From contig CAZCCH010000015.1 in NCBI GenBank assembly GCA_964497315.1, forward strand, positions 1 through 33,743: DNA of 33,743 bases, written 5' to 3'. This document shows, piece by piece, positions 18,901-28,000 of this stretch; the stretch's first letter is position 1; each line of letters begins with the position of its first letter. A program made the position numbers and the translations under genes. This DNA is from an uncultured Planctomycetia bacterium (lineage in GTDB: Bacteria; Omnitrophota; Gorgyraeia; Taenaricolales; CAZCCH01). Below the pieces are notes generated by a model, which was not told the origin of the DNA, did not search any database, and saw nothing but the letters and a program-made list of their open reading frames with translations.

Positions 18901-18987
18901 CCTCGACAAAGGTAAACTCGACCAAAAAGAGGTGGGGTTCGCAAAGCTGCGGGTCTAATTTTAAATAGATAGCCGGGCTGTCGAAGG
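18901..18987 (+). ncRNA. Candidate GEMM-I-like cyclic-dinucleotide riboswitch aptamer in the giant-gene leader
   Basis: Hand alignment to the V. cholerae Vc2 aptamer recalled from memory: GACAAAGG / UCGCAAAGCUGCGGGUCUAA / AUAGAUAGCCGGGCUGUCGAAGG versus GGCAAACC / ACGCAAAGCCUCCGGCCUAA / GUAGGUAGCGGGGUUACCGAUGG. A closing helix forms between CCTCGAC (18901-07) and GTCGAAGG (18980-87). Not verified with a covariance model. Confidence 0.5.
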
Positions 18988-19011
18988 AAACTATTTCGGC
19001 AGTCTTTTTTT
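18976..19011 (+). terminator. Intrinsic terminator / expression platform overlapping the 3' arm of the aptamer
   Basis: GGCTGTCGAA (18976-85) pairs with TTCGGCAGTC (18995-19004) around a 9-nt loop, followed by seven T. It lies 23 nt upstream of the giant-ORF ATG. Confidence 0.65.
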
Positions 19012-19033
19012 ATCTAAAAAATAGACTATTATT

Positions 19034-22000
19034 ATGAAACTATCAAACTCTAATATCCACAAAATTATATCAATAGCACTCCTTGTGACGTTTATGATGT
19101 CACTGATAGGGCCGGAGCTTGCCTTAGCTTCTTCTGAAACCCTTAGACCCCATGTTACATCAAGAAAAAAACCTCTTCTAAAAGAGATGATTGCAAGGTT
19201 TACTGAGTTGCAACGTCCTTCAGTAGCATCTAGTGCAGAAGACTTTAGAAAAGATGAAGTGCGCATAGTTAGAGAAATGACTGAAGCTGGACAGCTTTAT
19301 TTTCGCCATGAACCAGAAAAACCAAGTGCAATATACTATATACCATTTTTGCGATATAGAGCAAGGCTTACACGTTGTAGGGGTGTAGCTGATTATACCA
19401 GTGCTGTGTTGAATGAGAAAGATAGAAGGTTTTCTACATTTAAGAGTGAGCGCGATGGTTTTGAGCGTTGGTTTAGAACTTCCCAGGAAGGTTTTCCATC
19501 GGCAGCATTGTACGACATTGATGTTCATCCTCAAGACTTAAATGATGCCATTGCAGCACTCATAGAGCAGAAGACCAAAGAAAAGGACAATACCATTACT
19601 GTCAGGGCCTTCGGTTCTGGTTTACCGGCCTTACTTTTACCTGGAGATCCAGCTACACTTCTAGCAGGAGATGTTGAAATAGAAACTATTTTAAAGTTTA
19701 TATTATCAGGTCTAAGGCATACCAGGAATAAAGCAAAATGGACTGTGGTAGTTTATGTATATGATAAAAAGACAGCTTATTTAGGGCAACTGGAAAAGGT
19801 TCTTTTGGAAAAATTAGAAAACTCACCAATGCCATTTAATATTGTATTAAATCTTAGATATGGTGATATAGCAGATAGAGAGCAATACCCATATATGTTT
19901 GAAGAACAAAGTGACATTAATGTTTGCCGTAATATCACTCAAAGTGGTGAGAGTTTTTCTAAAGGAGATAGTATTTTTCATGGGCAATTAGTTAATAGCC
20001 TGTCACCTCATGGGTTTATTATACATGGTGCGCGTAGAAGGGGAGATAGGATTATATTAGCTTCTGATAGAGATGCTCTTAAGAGGTTAAGTGGCGATTT
20101 TCTGGATAGTAATTCTTCAGAAGATGAAGCTACTAGTAGGTTTTCAGAAATAGGTGCAATAGGTCACTTGGAAGAGGAAAGAAAAACAGAAGATCTTATT
20201 GCTGCATTGACTGCCTTTGATATTCCTTTTATACCCACAGAAAGCAATTGTGAATTTACAAGAATTTCCGCAGGTCATTCAAACCTTACGTATAATATTA
20301 AGCATAATGGCAAAAATAGGCATATTCTTCAACAAATGAGCACAATTTATGATGCAAATGCCCTTAATGCTAATCTGAACTTATTAGAACAGGCTCAAGA
20401 TGCATGGCTTAAGGAAGGCGCAGAAGATGAATACTGGCAGCCCGTTCATTATGTTAATGTCAAGGGCGCTTCTGATAAGCTATATTGTGATACAGCAGGC
20501 AGAATTTGGCGTTTAATGGATTATATTCCAGGAGAGGTTTTTGGAAAATTTAGTGATGTTCCTCAGAGTGATCGTAGAGAGATTGCCCAATCTCTTGGTA
20601 GGGCAATTGTTGTTTTTCGAAGAATGCTAGAATCAGTTCCTTTAGAAAGCTGGGAAAAGGATATGTCAGGTTTTCATGATCCACAATACTTTTATGCTTA
20701 TCTTCATTCTATTTGGCTGGGTCAGGAGGTGCCATTGAATTTTACTGATGGATCATCACATATGGTAGTTAGAGATCCTAGCGTAACAAGTGAATATTCA
20801 GAAAGAATAAATCTCTTAAAGAGAAAGATTGAAGATAGGAGACATATCTTAACTAGCTTAGATGAACTTGGCCAGGTTGTTTCACATGGAGATTTAAAGA
20901 TTGATAACCTATTCTTCCGAAAACACAAAGGCCGCTGGAAGTGCATATCTATTGCTGATTTAGATACGATACAACCTAGAAACGTCCTTACTGATCTTGG
21001 TGATGCACTGCGTTCTGCCGGCAACCCAGCTGGGTCAGAACCGAGAGCAATAGATGATGTAACAATAGATGTTGATGTGGTCACAAATATAATAAATGGA
21101 TACCTAGAAGCCACAGCAGGGTTTTATGATCACACAGAGGCAGAGCGCTTGAGACCACATACTATTGAGGCATTTAAACTTCTTCTGTATGGGCAGTCTA
21201 TGTGGTATTTAGCAGATGCACTTACTAATAGCGCATACTTTAATATAGGTGCAGAGAGAGCGCTATATAAGGCAGAGGTGCAGATGAGGGCATTGGAGCA
21301 GTTGGAAGAGTTAAGTCTAATTAAAGATGGCCCATTTGCTGATTTTGTCAAACCTGATGCCAGTAGGTTTGGGGAAAGGACTGCCGAAGAACGAATTGCT
21401 GCGCTGCGGGAAGATTTGGTGTATTATGAAGCAGCCGCGACAGCGTCTTCAGCACCTGATCAGGATTTTCCAGATGATATTTGTGATGTAGGTACAGGCG
21501 AAGCCCACCTGATGAATGAAGTCCACATTGCAGCTGATTCTGATGAGCGCCCTGAAAGAATAATTAGCGCATACACCGCTGGTCCTTGCCGGGCATATGT
21601 TATTAAAGGTAGAGTAAATGATGAGACAAGATTGTTTCTACGACATAGAGCTGCGGTAGAGGGCATACTTGATGATTTAAGAGAAGATATAGCCGCTTTA
21701 GAGAGAGCTGGCATGCAAGATAGAGAGGTTGTTTTTAAGCTTGATTTAAAGACGCAAGCCGGCCTGGAGGTCGTGAGGCTTGGATGGGTTTCTCCAGAAG
21801 AACTGAGGGAAAAAATTAAGGAAATATGCGGGCCTCGAATCTATACAGAAGAAGGCATTTTCCCACATGAAATTACTGATGTAATTGCAACCCAGGAAGG
21901 AGTAGTTATTTATTGCCCATATAATTCTAATGCCTCCAAGATTATCTTATGGCCAGAAAGCAAGGAAGGTGTATTCATGGATGCTGTATTGCCCAATGCA

Positions 22001-25000
22001 GAAGTCGTAGAGGATGAGGCATTTTCTGCTCAAAGCAGGTTTGGGGAAATGGCTGTTGATGCACTCAAGGGGAACATAAAGAGAGCGGTGTCTGTATTTA
22101 GGGATACGGCTATTGTAAAAAGTCCACAGTTAATAGAGGAAGACAAAAACAGAGTTTGGGTTATTAACAATATCTTTGAAGATAGATTCCTTCTAGATAG
22201 CGTAGTTTTAAAAGATCCAGACCCTAAACATGAAGAATATTTTTATGCTTCAAGAGAAGGGCTTGATATGTATGAGGCCCATTTTGAGAGTGACTATCCT
22301 CGCGTTGAAATAGCCCAAACAGTGATAATCGATAATCCGAAGGAAAATGATCTAGTTGGTACAAAAAGGGCATCACAGTGCCTTCCACTACTATTTGCTA
22401 ATATTCCTGATAACAAGCCCAACATGATAGGTTCTTCTCATATATTCACTTCGACAGACCCGACATTTTCATCCTTGGGTGATAAACTTCTTGACGCTGG
22501 ATATGAAAACCTAATTGTTGTAATTCCTCGTCCGAAAAAGCTTGGACGAACCGTAGCTCCATTCGCATTAAGAACATCTCAGTATGAGGAGGTGATAGCT
22601 AATATGCGAGCTAAAGGAATTACAGTATACGAGGTACCTTATCAAGACGTTTCAATAAGTGCTGCCGCAACAGCAGATGGTTTTGCGATATTCATAGAAA
22701 AATTCGTTGACCCCACAACAAAAAGGACAAAAGACATTGAAGAATTTGTTCTTCTTGAACCTATAAAAACATGGCAAGAATTCTCAAGTAGGTTTGGGGA
22801 GGTTGCTATTATTGAAGGTAATGCTGCACCGGAAGTTCTTCCGGCAACAGAGAATAGGATAGAGCTTGCGTTGAATATGCCTTCTGAAAGGGCTACGCAA
22901 ACAGGAACTGCCTGTATTAGACCCACGAAGGAAAGGGGATTTGCTGATGTATGGAGCCGCAGGGATTTTATGAAAGCCGGTGCTTTTGCTACGACTGTAG
23001 CAACTGTTTTTGGCAGTTTACCGAAGACCGGAGTTGCTGCTACGCCAGATGCTATTAAAGTCAAGGCAAAGGAGCTTTGTACACAATATTTAAAAGATGT
23101 TTGCGATGAGAAGATAACACTTGGACTAGATAATAGTTTAGGAACCTGGCGTGAAGTTCTCAAGGACAGGGAAGAATACGCCGACTTACTCAAGCCCGAT
23201 AATAATTATGCATTGCTTACTGCGTTTGTTTTTGACACGTTGTTTCCTGCGCTAGAGGAAGCTGCAAGCCGAACACGTGTCAGTGCCCATAACGCATCTA
23301 TAAATATAGAATTAGCCTTAATGAATCTCTTGGATAAAAAAGATGAAAAGGTCGAGGCATTTTTACGTCATACCTTAGCCAGGACCACTGACTCCTTGGT
23401 TAGAACAAGACGAATCCAGAATAAGGTAGAACGCGATAGACGAATTGGTATTGCACTGCAAAGACTGGAGAGCGCCTCTGCTTACATAGGGCCAGAGATT
23501 TCAGATAAGCTGGTTAGTATAGTCAAATTACACGATAGTTTAACGCAGCTTGGTCTGGAGCAAAAGGAAGAGATAGAAAGAGTATCCATGGAGATCAATA
23601 GTTTGATAATAGACCTAAATAAAATTCTAATTCCGCTTGGCTTATACTGCAGGGTTTCAATGAATGTAAGTCTGGGTGATGACAAAGAGCATATCTACAT
23701 CAAGTCGTTTAAAATAGAAAAAACCCGTTTATATAAAGCAACTGACGGCAAAGTTGTTAAGGTCTATATTGTAAAAGGGATAGATAACATAGCTATAACA
23801 AATGTCTTTGGTTTTCGCAGACTGGAAACAGACTATGCTGTAGTAATTTTAGATAATATAGAATCCAAAGCGAGAGACATAGAGGAAGTCCTAAAACATG
23901 GAAAATCTGATGCCCATAAGGATATAGAGAGCAGGCTGACTGCAATTGGGAAAGCAAGATTAGCAGACCTAAGGGTTTTACTTGTTGAGCTGGCAAAAAA
24001 GGAATTTAGTGGTTTGACCAGACAGCAAATAATGAATAAGATTCAAGTTTTAATCGAGACCCACGAGATAAGACATGTATTAGATAGGGGTAACTTTACA
24101 AGGGAAGAGCGCGATAAAAAAGAAGGTTCGGCTTTTATGGCAGAATTGATTCTGGCAGAATTGATTACAGGTACAGCTACATATTATAGTGTATTAAAAT
24201 GGGCTGAACATGTATTCAGAGGAGGAGAGCATGATTATGCCGCAAGGATGGTATTTGAAGGATTGATGAAAAAAGCAAAAGAGAAGGGATATGTAAATGC
24301 ATCCGTAAACCTGAAACATGTTAGCTTTAGAGAGTTGATAAAGACAGTAGAGACATTGCGCAGGCTAAGTAAGGGTGAAATTGCAGGTCTGGCAAGAGAG
24401 TCCTATAAAGAAATATTTGGTTTTGAATTTATAGATGCCTTGCCTGTCATTCAGCCTCCTGGTCGCTTTACCGAGCCAAAAAAGACAGCAACGTGTGAAA
24501 TAGCAATTAGAGGGAGAATGCATATTATACCCTCAGACTTGCTTGCCTATGAGCTATCAAACCTTTATAACGCAGTTAGGGGTAAGATTAATTTTACATT
24601 TAAGAAGGAGCTAGGAGACGATAGAGTTCTTGAAATGACTAATCCCGGGACAATAACTAATATTCTTAGCTTTGGACTGGGGCCTGGGGATATTCTAGAA
24701 GTTAGCGTGGAAGAGGACCTACCACGAGATGTGCAGGAAGAGGCATTGAATTACATTGAGGCTTTGTTTAATAGCTACCATATACTACAAGCAACTCAAT
24801 TGGCGCAGATGCATGGTGCTGAGCAGGCACGGATGGCTTTAGGTGGAACACCCTATGTTGATCTTGCCTCAGCAGAGCAGTATGGATTGGAGATAGTGCG
24901 TTCAGATCTATCTAGCAGTCTTTGGCCTGCATTAAGAAGACTAATAAGCATGTTGAAGCGTGATGTTGAGATTTCTCGTTTTACAGAAAGGGGAGATGAA

Positions 25001-28000
25001 ATACCCACTTCACCAGTCGATCCTGCAAGGTTTAGGGAAGATAGTAGGCTCATAGATGAGCGGGCAAGGGATATGCTGAAGGTGCTGTGTGAAAGCAGGC
25101 GCAGCCAGCCAACCAACACCAAAGCACGAAGGGCATTGGTGCGTTTAGAACACCTCGTGGATTCCAGATGGTCGTATGGTGAACAGTGGAGCGAAGTTAT
25201 CGATACATTGCGCGAAGCCGGACTCATCACCTCAGATACGGCAGGGTGGCTCGGCAGTTTGGATGATGAAGTTGTGCGCAGAACCATGTTCTATGTGACT
25301 GTGCGTTATCTTGACATAATGGAGCATGAAGTTTTATTTCACGGAACCTCACTGCATAACATAGACAGTATCAAGAAACATGGTCTGCACCCTGAGCATG
25401 TACCCCCGGGCAAAGAAGAACTTCAAAGGGTATTTGGCATAGTAGGCAAGGCGCTCGGAGAAGATCGCGCAATGGAGATTACAGAAGGTCAATTAAGTTT
25501 TGAATATGATCTAAGCCTTGCTAATTTTTACTTTGCTATCCTAGGCCCTGAGATGTTGCGAAGAGCGATAGGGGATTTACAAGAAATAAAGAAGCTAGGT
25601 TTTCCTGAAATTGATGAAGCAGATAGAAAATTTATAGAATATTTTCTTGAGCACTGGAATGATGGGTATCTTTCTTCAAACCAGCCATGCCTTCTGGCCG
25701 TACCGTTTAAGACAATCGTACAGTTTATGGATTTAGAGCAAGACGCTTACCAAAGGGATCGGACTAGGTTTCTGAAAAGGCCGCACGAATTTTTTAATGA
25801 TGTTATATTGCTTTACCTGTTTCCTTGGGAAACCTGGGTGGGGGAGGGTACATTGTTACCATTCCGCCTTCCAGCGCTTGATAAAATTGAAACAGCAATG
25901 CACGAACAAATGGCCGTTACCTTCCATGACGTGCATACATATTCCAGACCTAACTATGATCTGGGTGATATTTATGTTGTTACTGGTAAAAGAGATGCCC
26001 TCAATCTAGTACCGCTAAAACAAGTAGAAATAGATGAGCTTGAGAGAACCGCTGTTGTCCTCAGAGAAGTAAATCAAGAATGTCAAGAAAAACAAGGAGA
26101 AGTTTTCAATCGTAGCTTTTCTTCCCAGGAAGCACTTGATTTTTGCGCCGAGCTTCACAGCATTGCCCGGGAAGCCATTGCCAAGTCAAATTATGAGAGA
26201 ACCGATGGGTTATCAGGTGCTCGCTTTTCTGAGCAAGTTGAGTTTGTGGAGGATAAACTGGTCAGGGAACCAATAGAGGATGAAAATCTAACCTTGGACC
26301 AAGTGGAACAAATTGAAAGAGACAGACAGCAGATTGAAGCAGAATTGACTCGGCACTACGGGGATGCCGAGGCGTTTTTTGGAGAAGGACCACGTGATGG
26401 GATAAGAATTATTGCAACCACTGATGAAGAAGGCGAATTGATAGCAACTAGCCCCATTTATTATATAGCCCAAGGGGTAGCAATAAATGAGACCAGGCAA
26501 GAGGTATTGCTGAATTATCTTAATACGACTAGAGCGGGGATAGCAGAAGAAGGTTCGCGATATACGGTTTTTCATGAGATGGGTCACTGGGCTAATGAAA
26601 GTAGAGGTATTTCTAGTATAGTGCGGGAATTGATAGGTCCACAGATGGAGGAGATAGCGGCTTCGCATATTGAGAGGCATCCGGATGAATTGGGATTTTA
26701 CCTTGACTTGTATAATTCAAAGCTTAGAGAAGGTGAGATTCCTGTGGATAGGCTGCAAGAGTTACTGAAAGGCTGTTTAGTCGTCAAAGGCCTTACGCTT
26801 TTCGAGGATTGCTTGGTTGACAGGCAGTTATTAGAGTTAGCTCGCGCAGGAGATCTCGAAGGACTTGACAGAGAATTAATTGGTACAAGGAAAATACTTT
26901 TAGGCGATAAGCTAAAACAGCCAGATCTTTGTTGTCTCGCCATACTTAGATACAGGCTGCTTGAGGAAGTATATTCTCCAGATGATAGGACCAAGGTAGA
27001 TATTTTCCCGGATGACTTCAATCCAGAAAACTTTGGAATAAACGCAGAAATGATGAAGCAGATAGATGATGATGCGCGAGCGATGGCTGTGGCAATCAGG
27101 GGTGCGGAGCGCATGATAGCTAAATACGCGCCAGGAAAAATTGCGCCTCCAGGAGATTTGAGGGATTTAAAAGGCAGGCTGAAGTCATCTGTTGGAGATT
27201 TTATGCGACCATTGAAGAAATATCTTACCATTCCTGCGCTAATTTCTTATTTCAAGCTTAATCATACCCGAGTAGATCCCACGCGTTTCACCGAGGGTAC
27301 GGGTTCACTTAGTGCGGAGGGAAATTTGCCCGGCGATCAAACACTAGGTACTAGTGATTATTCCCCTGCCCGGTTTGTGGAAGGGGATGCCATTGCGCAA
27401 TGGCCTATTTCTATTGACGAGGCATTATTAAGAAGTGGTGAGTCTGCACGAGCTATTGCTGTAGAACCTGACTATGTTCCACCTTATGGAGTTTTAGCTC
27501 CTGGAGCTATTAATATTTCTGATTATCTCGCACTTGGCATGCTTGCTGCTTCAGGGATATCAAGTGAGCCGCAAGGGCAGGATGGGAAATTGAGCCGCAG
27601 GACGTTTCTTAAAGCTGCAGCCGCAGGAGCAGGCGTGGCAATTGGCAGCGCAGTAGTTCACAAGGTTCTAAAAAGCGATGATATAACACCGCGCATTTTA
27701 GATGATGCAGCCGATGAAAGATTAAGAAATGCTGGTAAGGCGATAAGTGCTAAATTCATGCATGTCTATGAAGAATACAAGGACAAAAATCCCGCCGAAA
27801 CAAAGCTGGTACGTGCACTTTTTAGAAAAATAAATGACCACAAGACAGAAAAGGAGATCATGCACCATCCTGAGCTTAAACACAAAAAAGATAACGTAGA
27901 CGTACTAATGGGTATAGGCGAACCTGCCGATGATAATGGTGAATCCCCTATCTATCTTTCATATAGCATACTGGGCCAACCCGATGAGATATTATGGGCA

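Noticed and set aside
22642-23193. Long antisense ORFs inside the giant gene (22642-23193, 26698-27231, 28573-29265, 24853-25287, 20722-21114 and others on the minus strand).
   Set aside because: They lie entirely opposite a 10-kb stop-free sense frame and have low-complexity Ser/Leu/Ala-rich translations with no recognisable motifs or SDs. They are typical shadow ORFs of a long coding region.
22877-27541. Reading the giant ORF as three adjacent genes or a pseudogene created by sequencing error.
   Set aside because: The frame is continuous, with no stop codon or frame change across both junctions, and there are no convincing SD sequences before the internal Met codons (22877, 27539). The sequence as given therefore supports a single CDS. 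The alternative is kept as a testable hypothesis in the findings.
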